A stretch of 64,000 nucleotides of DNA, taken from assembly GCA_964371245.1 (NCBI GenBank), contig CAYJKP010000001.1:443042-507041 (forward strand), read 5' to 3'. This document shows positions 48,041 to 57,866 of this stretch, piece by piece. The translations under genes and the position numbers were made by a program. Position 1 is the stretch's first letter. Every line of letters begins with the position of its first letter. The notes under the pieces were generated by a model. That model made no database searches and was not told the origin of the DNA. It saw nothing but the letters and a program-made list of their open reading frames with translations. This DNA is from an uncultured Gammaproteobacteria bacterium (GTDB taxonomy: Bacteria; Patescibacteriota; Patescibacteriia; JAHIZJ01).

Positions 48041-49143
48041 AAAATATTTTTTATAAATCCGAATATGTTGTCTTTGAAACGATTGAGATCGCGCAAGGTA
48101 ATTAACACAATCAGCAACATCAACACGGTAAACCCGACATTATGAATCATCGCCTCAACGCGTCGATTAATTTGCTTGCCGCGTATTTTTTCAATCACGA
48201 CGAAGAGCACGCGCCCGCCATCGAGCGCCGGGAACGGGATAAAATTAATAATCGCGAGATTCAACGATAACAGCGCGGTAAATTGGATCAAGTAGGCAAA
48301 GCCTAATTGTGCGACCTGACCTGTTAAGACCGCTATTCCGATCGGTCCTGAGACATCGGCGCCAGTGGGTTGTCCAGTCAGCCAATTGCGAATTAATTGA
48401 TAAAACGCTACCAATATTACCCAAATAATTTCAAAGGTGGTTTTTACGCCGCGCCAAATCGCATCATACCAAGGATATGAGATAATGCCTGTTTCAACCA
48501 ACGTGGCGCCCATTTTACCTTCACCGGTGGCATCAAGGTTTTCAAGCGTTATGGTAACGGTTTTTTCCTTGTTCAAATGTTTATAGGTCAGCGTCTCGGC
48601 TGAGCCGACTTTGTCGCGGTTGTAATTTTGTACTTGGTCGACTGTCGTGATCGTCACGTTATCGATCTTAACGATTTGATCGCCCGAGACAAGTCCGGCT
48701 TTTTCGGCGGGTGTGTTTTTGGCCACTTCAATAATTTGAACCTTTTGATCTCGTATTTTGGCCGTGCCCATATTATCACCGAGCGTACTTGGTAAACCAA
48801 CGCCGAAACCGATCGAAAATAAAACCATCGCCAACACGACATTCATCGTTACGCCAGCGGACAGCATAAATATGCGTTGCCATACTTTTTTCGAGGCAAA
48901 GCTTTTCTGGTCGTTTGGATCGGCACCGTCCTCGCCCTTTATCTTCACGAAGCCGCCGACGGGAATCCAATTCAGTGAGTACAGCGTATCTTTTTTCTTA
49001 ATGCCAATAATTTTCGGCGGCAAGCCGAAGCCAAATTCTTCTACGGCGGCGCCCATTCTTCGTGCTGCTAAAAAATGACCTAATTCATGAACAAACACGA
49101 TCAGCCCAAGGATAACGACAAATGTGATAATGGTTACAACCAT
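48034..49143 (-). CDS. rseP: RIP metalloprotease RseP (M50, PDZ)
   Basis: Motifs HELGH, GGFVKI.GE, PDZ domain, NFIPFPALDGG. Confidence 0.96.
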   Translation of the reverse strand: MVVTIITFVVILGLIVFVHELGHFLAARRMGAAVEEFGFGLPPKIIGIKKKDTLYSLNWIPVGGFVKIKGEDGADPNDQKSFASKKVWQRIFMLSAGVTMNVVLAMVLFSIGFGVGLPSTLGDNMGTAKIRDQKVQIIEVAKNTPAEKAGLVSGDQIVKIDNVTITTVDQVQNYNRDKVGSAETLTYKHLNKEKTVTITLENLDATGEGKMGATLVETGIISYPWYDAIWRGVKTTFEIIWVILVAFYQLIRNWLTGQPTGADVSGPIGIAVLTGQVAQLGFAYLIQFTALLSLNLAIINFIPFPALDGGRVLFVVIEKIRGKQINRRVEAMIHNVGFTVLMLLIVLITLRDLNRFKDNIFGFIKNIFG

Positions 49144-49145
49144 AG

Positions 49146-49694
49146 TTAGACGGTAGTTATTTCTTTTTCCTTGTCAGCGGCGACGGCAGAGAGCGCCTCA
49201 ATCGCCGTATCGATTTCATTCTGAAGCTCTTTTTGTCTATTGAAGAGTTGATCTTCAGATATTGTGCCGGCTTCTTTATCCTTCTTGTTCATTTTATTGT
49301 GCTCTTCGCGCGTTTGGCGGATGCGTACTTTGTATTTCTCAGCAATCTCGTGTACTTTTTTCACCATGGCTAAACGCCGTTCTTCGGTCATTTGCGGGAT
49401 AATAATCCGCAACACATTCCCGTCGCTCGTCGGACTGGCACCGAGATTTGCTTTTTGCAATGCTTGTTCAACATCTTTGAACGCGTTTTTATCCCAGGGT
49501 TGAATAACTAAGGTTTGGGCATCGCTCACGGTAACGCTCGCCAGTTGCTTCAACGCGGTTGGCGTACCATAATAGTTGACCATGACATTTTCGACCAGCC
49601 CGGGGTGAGCCCGACCCAGCCTGAGGGCGGACATTTCCTCATGAAAATATCGCTGTGTTAATTCGAGCTCTTCGGTTAGATTATTGGTGCCCAT
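49146..49694 (-). CDS. frr: Ribosome recycling factor
   Basis: Motifs R.GRA, YYG..T.L, IQPWD, P.MTEERR. Confidence 0.96.
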   Translation of the reverse strand: MGTNNLTEELELTQRYFHEEMSALRLGRAHPGLVENVMVNYYGTPTALKQLASVTVSDAQTLVIQPWDKNAFKDVEQALQKANLGASPTSDGNVLRIIIPQMTEERRLAMVKKVHEIAEKYKVRIRQTREEHNKMNKKDKEAGTISEDQLFNRQKELQNEIDTAIEALSAVAADKEKEITTV

Positions 49695-50758
49695 TATTTC
49701 GATTGAATAGTAAAGACGCCGGCGTAGAGTATCTCCGGCTGGGTCGGATGGATAAGCAATTGATTAATTCTCCGTTTTGAAGGCAAGGTTCGAAGCGTTG
49801 ACCAATTAAAACCGCCATCGTCTGAACGGTACAGCACTGATTGATCAGTGTGATAGATTTGATTTGAGTTCAGGGGGTTAATAGCGACGAGATTTATTGG
49901 CGTATTAAAATTCAAGAGCGTTTTCATGGCTTCCCAGCTCAGGCCCTCGTCATTGCTTTTAAGTAAACCATAATCGGTGGCGAGGTAGAGCGTTTGTGGT
50001 TTATTCGGATCGAAGACGATATCATGGATACTTTTTCCGTTTTTTCCAAATGACTTTAATGACTCTGCCTGCGGCGTCCAATTCTCTCCGCCATCGAGCG
50101 AAATATACAAACCAGCATCATCATTTACCGCCGCAAAAACGATCCGAGAATCCCGCGGACTCAGCCGCACGAGCGAAACCGCTTTCTTAAACCAGTAGAT
50201 TTTTTGCCAAGAATCGCCACCGTCATAGCTTTTAAAAATGCCACCGGCGTCATTCGTCACATAGATTCGTAACGGCTCAAACGGATCAACGACCACATTA
50301 TAGACGATGTCATCGGCTCGATCTTCGGTATAGACAATTTTCCAGTTTTCGCCACCGTCGCTGCTGCGATAAAGATTGCGTCCACTGGCAGCGTAGAGAG
50401 TGTTTGTATTTTTTGGATTTATGTCGAGACTGGTGATTTGATTTACGGCCAGCGAGAGTTTTTGCCACTGGTCGCCGCTATTGGCGGTTTTAAATAAACC
50501 GCTCCCGTTCGTGCCAGCATACAATATATCCGTATTTTGCGGATCGAAAATTAGCTTGCGCACGTCGACGTTACCGATGGTAATTGTCTTCTTTTTTAGA
50601 GTTTCAACGAATACCTTTTGTTCCCAACTTTCGCCCCGATTCGTTGAGCGAAAGACGCCTCCATCGGTAGTTGATTTTTTTGAACCGCATGACAATCCCA
50701 GCAAAAAAAGCATCGGCAGCAAAAGCAATAAAACTTTGGTACTTTTGTGATTGTTCAT
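49694..50758 (-). CDS. Lipoprotein with BNR/Asp-box beta-propeller
   Basis: LLGLS-C lipobox; repeated S.DGG..W Asp boxes. Confidence 0.85.
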   Translation of the reverse strand: MNNHKSTKVLLLLLPMLFLLGLSCGSKKSTTDGGVFRSTNRGESWEQKVFVETLKKKTITIGNVDVRKLIFDPQNTDILYAGTNGSGLFKTANSGDQWQKLSLAVNQITSLDINPKNTNTLYAASGRNLYRSSDGGENWKIVYTEDRADDIVYNVVVDPFEPLRIYVTNDAGGIFKSYDGGDSWQKIYWFKKAVSLVRLSPRDSRIVFAAVNDDAGLYISLDGGENWTPQAESLKSFGKNGKSIHDIVFDPNKPQTLYLATDYGLLKSNDEGLSWEAMKTLLNFNTPINLVAINPLNSNQIYHTDQSVLYRSDDGGFNWSTLRTLPSKRRINQLLIHPTQPEILYAGVFTIQSK

Positions 50759-50760
50759 AC

Positions 50761-51780
50761 TTATAGCTGAAGAAAGAAATTTTCGAGCGCTAACCGTGGG
50801 TTTATATTAAAACGCAAACTTTTTTGAATCAGCTGCAGCTGCTTGACCAACCGGCTTAACACTTTCGGTGTATATGTTTTTTTCATCTGCACCAGCGAGT
50901 CTTGTGTAAAATAATTTACCGTAAACGGCACAAGCTGATAATGAAGCAAGATAATATCCCGTAAGACATTTTGCCAAACTCCGATCGTTGTACTCACCGT
51001 ATCAATCGATTCTTGATATGACGGACCAGCGGTGAGTTCGCCTAAATATGAGAATTTCGAAGGTAAATCAGCTTGAAGATATGAGAGAAAATCGTTGACC
51101 TGGGCTTTTCGCTCTTCGAGCAATTCCGGTATGTGGAGATACTGCCAGGCTAGACCCGGCCGGCCAGCTGAGAGTCGGGCGATCGCCAAGGCGCTGGTTC
51201 GATCAATAGACGGTTGTTCTTTTTGAATGAACGTAAGAACATCATCAGTCGAGACCGGCCGGAATTCTATCAGCTGACAGCGCGAGATAACGGTGCGCGG
51301 TAGATTTTCGAGTCGATTCGCAATCAGAATGATTAATGTGTTTTTTGTCGGCTCCTCAAGAGTTTTTAAAAGGCTATTCGCGGCATCGGTGCTTAAATAT
51401 TCAGCGCCATTGATTACGGCCACTTTATATGAATTGAAAAACGAACTGAGCTGAAGACGATGGATTATTTTTTCACGAATATCATCAATGCTGATATTTT
51501 TTTTATCAACTTCTTTCTCGAGTAAGGCAGCGTCCGGATGACTGCGGTTAACCAGCTTCTGGCAATTTTCGCAGATTCCGCAGGGCCGCGTCTCTTCATT
51601 CGTGCAAAAAAGCATTTGAATAAAAGTCTGGGCTGTGGCTGTCTTACCGAGATGCAAAGGGCCGTGAAATAAATACGCTGGCACAACATTTTGTGTGCTG
51701 ACGCATTGAGAAAGATACTTTATATTTTCCCGATGACCGATTATTGGCCAGGTTAATTTATACCCTTTTCTTTTTAACAT
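50761..51780 (-). CDS. holB: DNA polymerase III subunit delta'
   Basis: Motifs AYLF.GP...GK, C...PCG.C..C, HPD, ANSLLKTLEEP, TVISRC. Confidence 0.92.
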   Translation of the reverse strand: MLKRKGYKLTWPIIGHRENIKYLSQCVSTQNVVPAYLFHGPLHLGKTATAQTFIQMLFCTNEETRPCGICENCQKLVNRSHPDAALLEKEVDKKNISIDDIREKIIHRLQLSSFFNSYKVAVINGAEYLSTDAANSLLKTLEEPTKNTLIILIANRLENLPRTVISRCQLIEFRPVSTDDVLTFIQKEQPSIDRTSALAIARLSAGRPGLAWQYLHIPELLEERKAQVNDFLSYLQADLPSKFSYLGELTAGPSYQESIDTVSTTIGVWQNVLRDIILLHYQLVPFTVNYFTQDSLVQMKKTYTPKVLSRLVKQLQLIQKSLRFNINPRLALENFFLQL

Positions 51781-51819
51781 CGTTGCTATTGTAACAGAAA
51801 GACCGCAAATAATCAAGTC

Positions 51820-53019
51820 TCATGATGTCCCGGTTATAACCGCAAGGGTTTTCTTGGCACATTCATCCCAGCGAAAATGATGTATCCTGGAGAAGCCCCG
51901 CTGTTGCAGGTTATGGCGGTAGTCCTGATCAGTCGCCAGTCGCTTTAAAATAGCGGCAAGTTCGTCAGGGCGTTCGGTCTCAAATAGTTCCGCGGCATCG
52001 CCAGCTACTTCCGGTATTGAGGCAGCACGGCTGGCTACGACTGGTGACCCACACGCCATTGCCTCAAGAAGCGGCAAGCCAAATCCTTCATAAAATGAAG
52101 GAAAAACAAAGGCAGTCGCCTTATTTAACAAGGCAACGAGCGACTCCGGCTGGAGATAGCCAGGCATGATGATGGCCGAGGCAAGATTGCTTTTCAGGAT
52201 TTCATTTCGTACTTCATCAAAACCATATCCGGGCTGACCGGCTAAAATCATTACGTGCGGTAGTTTCGTCTCATTTTTAAAGATTGAGAACGCCTTGATT
52301 AATCCGGCCGTATTCTTCTTCTTCTCCAGCCGACCGACATACAGAAAATATGGCGCCGTAATTTTCAAACGATCCAACTCGTTCTGAATTATTGACGTGT
52401 CAGTGATCGGATGATAAATGTTCTGGTCGACGCCGTGATAGATTACCTGGATGCGTTTTTCGGGTATGCCGTAGACATCGATAACTTCATTCTTCGTAAA
52501 ACTCGACGGGACAATAATCTGGGTAGCTTTTGTAATCGCGGTTCGCATCGCCCAACGATGATAATCGAGCTCGCTTGAACCGTAGCGACCTCTCGTAAAT
52601 ATCCTGGTACCAGCCGATAATATTTTCTTCCCCAGGCGCCGCCCACCGATTGCTTCCTTTGAATAGAGCCCATGAAGCCGTTCAAAACCGATGTCATGGA
52701 CGGTTAAAACGGTTCTTTTGCTTTTAATGAGAGGGAGCGTGTGAGCCGGCACGAAGAGCACGTCAACGGGTTTTACGGCCAGCCGGAGTGAGAGACGAAT
52801 TTGAGTCCAAAGAAATTTTGGCGGCCAGCGTAATACTTGCGAATGAAAATTTGTTGGCAGATTTTGATATTCCGAGCGCAATTTTTCCTTGGTATACAAA
52901 AAATACTGATCGTTCGGGTCAGCAATTTTGCAAAATTCTTTAATCAGCCAATACGAATACCATTCGGTTCCGGTTTTGTTTTCGACATTGGCGCGCGAGG
53001 CGTCAATACCAATCTTCAT
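51820..53019 (-). CDS. Glycosyltransferase family 4
   Basis: Motifs MKIGID, TVHD, VGRLEKKKN, PSFYEGFGLPLLEAMACG. Confidence 0.93.
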   Translation of the reverse strand: MKIGIDASRANVENKTGTEWYSYWLIKEFCKIADPNDQYFLYTKEKLRSEYQNLPTNFHSQVLRWPPKFLWTQIRLSLRLAVKPVDVLFVPAHTLPLIKSKRTVLTVHDIGFERLHGLYSKEAIGGRRLGKKILSAGTRIFTRGRYGSSELDYHRWAMRTAITKATQIIVPSSFTKNEVIDVYGIPEKRIQVIYHGVDQNIYHPITDTSIIQNELDRLKITAPYFLYVGRLEKKKNTAGLIKAFSIFKNETKLPHVMILAGQPGYGFDEVRNEILKSNLASAIIMPGYLQPESLVALLNKATAFVFPSFYEGFGLPLLEAMACGSPVVASRAASIPEVAGDAAELFETERPDELAAILKRLATDQDYRHNLQQRGFSRIHHFRWDECAKKTLAVITGTS

Positions 53020-53038
53020 AAGGTACGCGCTAAAGGAA

Positions 53039-54046
53039 TTACTTTGTATACAAGATACTGCGCTTGTATGACTCAAGATTCTCTAAGGCAATGCCAGTTC
53101 CGCGAGCAACGCACAGGAGTGCTTCATCAGCGACATACGACGGCACCCCGGTGGCCTGAGCCAATAATTGATCGAGGTTCCGCAACAGCGCCGTACCGCC
53201 GCTCAAGACCATGCCTTTGTCGATGACATCAGCCGCTAACTCAGGTGGTGTTTCTTGTAAAACGGATTTTACCGCTTGAACGATACTAGCAAGTTCGTCC
53301 TGGATCGCTTCCGTGATATCATCCGAGGAAACCGTGATGGTTTTTGGTAGACCAGTGATCATGTCGCGTCCCCGGATGTCCATTGACATGCGCTCTTCCA
53401 TCGGTAAGGCCGAACCGATCGTAATCTTCAGTTCCTCGGCGCTTCGATCACCAATCGCCAAACCGTATTTACGACGGGTGTAATCTGTGATGGCGGCGTC
53501 GAGTCGATTGCCGCCAATCCGGACCGAGGTGCTCGCGACAATGCCGCCGAGCGAAATCACGGCAATTTCTGAGGTACCGCCGCCAAGATCGATGATCATA
53601 TGGCCGGATGCGGAACCAATCGGTATATTTGCTCCGATCGCCGCGGCGATCGGTTCTTTGATGATAAAGGCGGCTTTCGCGCCAGCTTGCAGAGTGGCAT
53701 CAATGACAGCGCGTCGTTCGGTCGACGTGATGCCGGCCGGTACTGAAACCATTACCTCGGGTCTGAAAAAATGCACCCCGCCGAGCGCCTTATTTATAAA
53801 ATACCGCAGCATGCTCTCCGTTGTCCGATAATCGGCAATGACGCCATCGCGCAGCGGTCGCGAGGCCGTGATCGTATCAGGCGTCCGACCGAGCATCTCT
53901 TTCGCTTCCTCGCCCACCGCAAGCACCTTTTTATCGGCAATGGAAATTGCCACGACCGATGGTTCATTGATAATAATGCCTCGTTTCGGTATGTAAACGA
54001 GCGTATTCGCAGTGCCGAGATCTATACCAATTTTTTTGACAAACAT
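53039..54046 (-). CDS. mreB: Second MreB/Mbl-family actin-like protein
   Basis: Motifs GIDLGTAN, EPIAAAIGA, DLGGGTSE, SGGTALL. Confidence 0.93.
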   Translation of the reverse strand: MFVKKIGIDLGTANTLVYIPKRGIIINEPSVVAISIADKKVLAVGEEAKEMLGRTPDTITASRPLRDGVIADYRTTESMLRYFINKALGGVHFFRPEVMVSVPAGITSTERRAVIDATLQAGAKAAFIIKEPIAAAIGANIPIGSASGHMIIDLGGGTSEIAVISLGGIVASTSVRIGGNRLDAAITDYTRRKYGLAIGDRSAEELKITIGSALPMEERMSMDIRGRDMITGLPKTITVSSDDITEAIQDELASIVQAVKSVLQETPPELAADVIDKGMVLSGGTALLRNLDQLLAQATGVPSYVADEALLCVARGTGIALENLESYKRSILYTK

Positions 54047-54049
54047 AGA

Positions 54050-56020
54050 CTAACGAAAGGTTACTTCGACGCTTCGATCGCGTTGCAGATCAGTATTTAA
54101 CGTCATGCTAGTATCATCTGTTTTTTTGATTTTGTCAATAGGATCAGCCGTAAATATCTTTTGGTCGAACGCAAACGACAAGGACAGTGGGTATGATCGA
54201 GTACCAGGCTGTTTCTGAAAGTTCAAGACGTATTTATTTCCGTCTGTTTGATTGATGATTGAGTCGGGCAAACGATACCGATAATGGATGGTGCCCTCGT
54301 CACCAGGTTCGATCGAGATAAACCCGCCAAAAACTGTCTTGCCAAGCTCTTCGGTGACGTCTGGATCGGTTGGTTTACCGTTGTGGAGCTTGTCATTCGT
54401 CATCGGACCCGAGGACTCGATGAGCGTGCTCCCTTTTGGTACATAGACCCTGGTATACGTGCGATAGCGTGTTGTTTTCCAATCAATGCTCCCCTTGTTT
54501 GAATATTGTATCGTCAGGTCGCCAATCAAACCGTCGTTTGTTTGTTCAACGCGGTACGTGACCGAGCGATCAACAATTCGATCGGTTTTTAAGGCTGCCA
54601 TATTGGCATCAACGAACATGACGTAGTCTGTGTTTTCTTCTTGGGACACTGCCCCACCCCAGTTCTCCCGCGCGATGACGGTTTGCAATGATTCATCCTT
54701 TGAATAAAACATCAATTGTTTTTCCTCGATATGATTCATGATCACCTGCCACAATTCGCCCCAGCGCGATTGCGGAAAGTTCAACAGCCGATCCATCAAC
54801 TGCTGCGACATCACACCGATAATCTCCTTCCGCTCAGCATCAGATATGCCCTGCCGATAGAAACCCTGTTCGACTTGATATTGCATTGTCTCAACAAAAT
54901 TATCAGGTGTGAATTTTACGCCGTTCACGGTAATGTCGCCCGTCAATCGGATTAACGATTCGATAAAGTTCGGAGTCACGGCCACGACGCCATCGATATG
55001 TTTTTCCGGTCCGTTTTCCTGCTGGTAAAACCAGAGTGCTTTTTGAGCCGAGGTCGGAAAGTCCGGCGACCAGTTGCTGTCGCGCATAAACCATTTCTCG
55101 GCCGCCAAATATTTCTGGAGTGGTTCTGGCGGCGTTGCAATCAATGTGTTTTGGAATGGGTTGTCGAGATTGTAGATATTGTCCGTTTTAAAATATGATA
55201 TCTCCGCATCTTTAATCTTCAAAATACCGTAGGTACCGATAAAACCACCAGCCGGGCGTAGCTCGGTATTGTTCTCCAATAAAAAGAGATAGGTTTTTCC
55301 GTTCGGATAGCCGGCGATCGGTGGCAGCAGTTCCGCCGCCGGTAATGCCTGGGCGATTGATTTCTTTATACTCGGTAGTTGGTCTTTGATCGGCTGGATC
55401 ATTTTTTTAATCGTTGGGTAGATACCATGATCAGGTATCTGTTCCATGCTCAGAACGGCTAAATCTATTTCCGCTTTTACACCAACCAGGTCTGGATACG
55501 CTTCAGATATTTTTTGCAAAATAACATGCTTTTGCTCCGGCTTCAGCTTCGCCAGGCTGAATTCAGCATCGGTTTTTACCGGCGTGATTATTTCATCGGC
55601 GAGATAGGCAATTTTTGACAAGGCTGAGGCTGTTTGCGTGCCCGCCTTTAAAATATTATCAACGGCCGAGAGCTGCGTTTTGACATACGGGATCGAACGC
55701 AAGCCGCCCATTTTTTCGATTTCCTGCTGAGCCAAGGCTAATTCCTTTTGGGCGGTTACGAGCGTATCACCAGCCTCGCGAAAATGTTCGTCCGTCACCG
55801 CCTGTTGGGCGGTGGTAAAACTATTTTTTCCGTTTTTGGCATGCGCCACCAGACTGCGCATCGGGTTCAAATATTTTATAGCGAAAATTGCCAGAATAAT
55901 TATAATTATTCCAAGCGGTATGCCAATACCAAGAAGCCATGGCTTCGCTTTTTGTTTCCAGTTTTTTTTGCCTCTCTGAAACATTTTCGATTGCGCTTGA
56001 TTTGGTGTAAGATTGATCAT
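54050..56020 (-). CDS. DUF4012-domain membrane-anchored protein
   Basis: Motifs TYL.L.EN..ELRP.GGFIG, RDSNWSPDFP, N....K.D, Y.RVYVP.GS, QKQPG. Confidence 0.88.
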   Translation of the reverse strand: MINLTPNQAQSKMFQRGKKNWKQKAKPWLLGIGIPLGIIIIILAIFAIKYLNPMRSLVAHAKNGKNSFTTAQQAVTDEHFREAGDTLVTAQKELALAQQEIEKMGGLRSIPYVKTQLSAVDNILKAGTQTASALSKIAYLADEIITPVKTDAEFSLAKLKPEQKHVILQKISEAYPDLVGVKAEIDLAVLSMEQIPDHGIYPTIKKMIQPIKDQLPSIKKSIAQALPAAELLPPIAGYPNGKTYLFLLENNTELRPAGGFIGTYGILKIKDAEISYFKTDNIYNLDNPFQNTLIATPPEPLQKYLAAEKWFMRDSNWSPDFPTSAQKALWFYQQENGPEKHIDGVVAVTPNFIESLIRLTGDITVNGVKFTPDNFVETMQYQVEQGFYRQGISDAERKEIIGVMSQQLMDRLLNFPQSRWGELWQVIMNHIEEKQLMFYSKDESLQTVIARENWGGAVSQEENTDYVMFVDANMAALKTDRIVDRSVTYRVEQTNDGLIGDLTIQYSNKGSIDWKTTRYRTYTRVYVPKGSTLIESSGPMTNDKLHNGKPTDPDVTEELGKTVFGGFISIEPGDEGTIHYRYRLPDSIINQTDGNKYVLNFQKQPGTRSYPLSLSFAFDQKIFTADPIDKIKKTDDTSMTLNTDLQRDRSVEVTFR

Positions 56021-56833
56021 TTAATCCTTTATAATTGGTTCTTTCGTTCCAAAATATTTAGCAAAATATTTTATAGCACTGGTAATATGAATGCGCGTCG
56101 CGTAGCTAAAAACTCCTTTTATGCCAGGATTCACAGCTGAGATGCGTTGATGATAATGGACCATTTCGGCGTCAGCCACGTAATACACTTGGTAGCCTGA
56201 TTGCCAAAACCGGCGACACCAATCAACGTCTTCCAGATACAGGAAAAAGCGTTCGTCTAGCAATCCGACTTTTTTCATGGCATCCGTTCTGGCAAAAAAA
56301 CATGCCCCAATCATCCAGTCAACAGCGCGATTATGAGAATGATCAAAATCGAGCATTAGATGACGACGGAGTTTTTGGCGCGGTCCGTGTAACCGTCCAA
56401 GGGGCGTCCGGCGATAGAGTAACAACGTTTGCCAGGAGGGAAAGGTGCGGCACGACGCCTGTGTTGTGCCGTCGGGATTGATCAGTTTCGGGCCAATCAG
56501 GCCAACGGTCGGGTGTTCCTCCATGAAACGATACATGACATCGAGCGAATTATTCATGATCGAGACGTCAGGATTGAGAATCATGATATATTTTCCCGTC
56601 GCTTGTTTTATCCCGAGATTATTACCAGCCGCGTAACCACAATTCACGGCCGATTCGATAATTTTAACGCTTGGAAATTCCTCCCTGATCATTTCCACGG
56701 TGCCGTCGTGCGAGGAATTATCGACAACAATGATCTCATAATCAATTTTTGGATTAAGTAATTGCAGTCCTTTTAAGCACTGCTTCGTTAATCCCTTCGT
56801 CTTATAATTGAGAATGATGATTGAGAGATCCAT
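56021..56833 (-). CDS. Glycosyltransferase family 2 (rhamnosyltransferase-like)
   Basis: Motifs VVDNSSHDG, GYAAGNN, LNPD, DERFFLY.ED.DWC. Confidence 0.93.
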   Translation of the reverse strand: MDLSIIILNYKTKGLTKQCLKGLQLLNPKIDYEIIVVDNSSHDGTVEMIREEFPSVKIIESAVNCGYAAGNNLGIKQATGKYIMILNPDVSIMNNSLDVMYRFMEEHPTVGLIGPKLINPDGTTQASCRTFPSWQTLLLYRRTPLGRLHGPRQKLRRHLMLDFDHSHNRAVDWMIGACFFARTDAMKKVGLLDERFFLYLEDVDWCRRFWQSGYQVYYVADAEMVHYHQRISAVNPGIKGVFSYATRIHITSAIKYFAKYFGTKEPIIKD

Positions 56834-56834
56834 G

Positions 56835-57866
56835 TTAGTAAAACCATTGACGCAGATCGTGGTCGCTGATGATTCGGCGACTGAGAATTTCCCGACGCTG
56901 GCGCAATAATGCTGGTAAGCGACGCCAAATTTGGAATGATTGTATTATTGTACGTGGCTCAAAAATTATGAGATAGAAAAATTTTTTTATTTCATAGCCA
57001 ATCAGCCAGGGCGCGTCACGGACGATGTTCGCGAACGATTCATTCTTTATTATTGTCGCCAGATGATTCCGATATGACCATTGATTCATAAGTGTTGATT
57101 TCGTTCGGCGGTGGAGTATTTGCTTAACGGTGCTGGCGGCGGCCGCGCTTTGGGCCGAACGCCGGTGCCAAGCAATGGCTTTTGGGACATACCGACTTTT
57201 CCAGCCGCGCAATTTCAATCGCCAGGCCAAATCAAAATCTTCTTGATACATGAAGTAACTCTCGTCAAAATACTGTCCCTTCGACAACCGGACATCTTCG
57301 AGCGCCTGCGTATTAAAAAGTACCAAGGCTCCACTGATCCCAAACACGTCGTTGCTCGTATCATACTGTCCGGTATCCTTTTCGCCCTCTCCCCGATCGA
57401 CAATTCGTCTATTTTTAAAACACATGAAACCAGTGCTGTCAAGCATATCAGATTTTTGCATGCTCTTCAAGTCAGGGTTTAATTTATACAATTTTCCACC
57501 AATCGAGGCAATTCTCTTGTCAGACTCAATGTGCGAAAACACCTCCATCAAGTAATTTTCATCTAGTCGAATATCAGGATTTGCCACGAGCACATATGGC
57601 GCGCGCGCTTCGCGAATGCCCTGATTATGCGCTTTGCCGTACCCTTCATTCACGTGATTCTTGATGATTTTTACGTTCGGCCGACATTGCTCAAGATACT
57701 GGCACGTGGTATCAACTGAAGCGTTATCGACGACAATTACTTCAAAGTCCGTAAATGTCTGATTTTCTAATGACTCAAAAAAGTTCGGCAAATCGGAAGC
57801 CGAATTATACGTGACCAGACTAATGCTGAGCCGCGGCAAGCTGGTTTTCGGATTGATAATTTCCAT
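56835..57866 (-). CDS. Glycosyltransferase family 2
   Basis: Motifs VVDNASVD, GYGKAHN, NPD, FDE.YFMY.ED.DL.WR. Confidence 0.92.
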   Translation of the reverse strand: MEIINPKTSLPRLSISLVTYNSASDLPNFFESLENQTFTDFEVIVVDNASVDTTCQYLEQCRPNVKIIKNHVNEGYGKAHNQGIREARAPYVLVANPDIRLDENYLMEVFSHIESDKRIASIGGKLYKLNPDLKSMQKSDMLDSTGFMCFKNRRIVDRGEGEKDTGQYDTSNDVFGISGALVLFNTQALEDVRLSKGQYFDESYFMYQEDFDLAWRLKLRGWKSRYVPKAIAWHRRSAQSAAAASTVKQILHRRTKSTLMNQWSYRNHLATIIKNESFANIVRDAPWLIGYEIKKFFYLIIFEPRTIIQSFQIWRRLPALLRQRREILSRRIISDHDLRQWFY

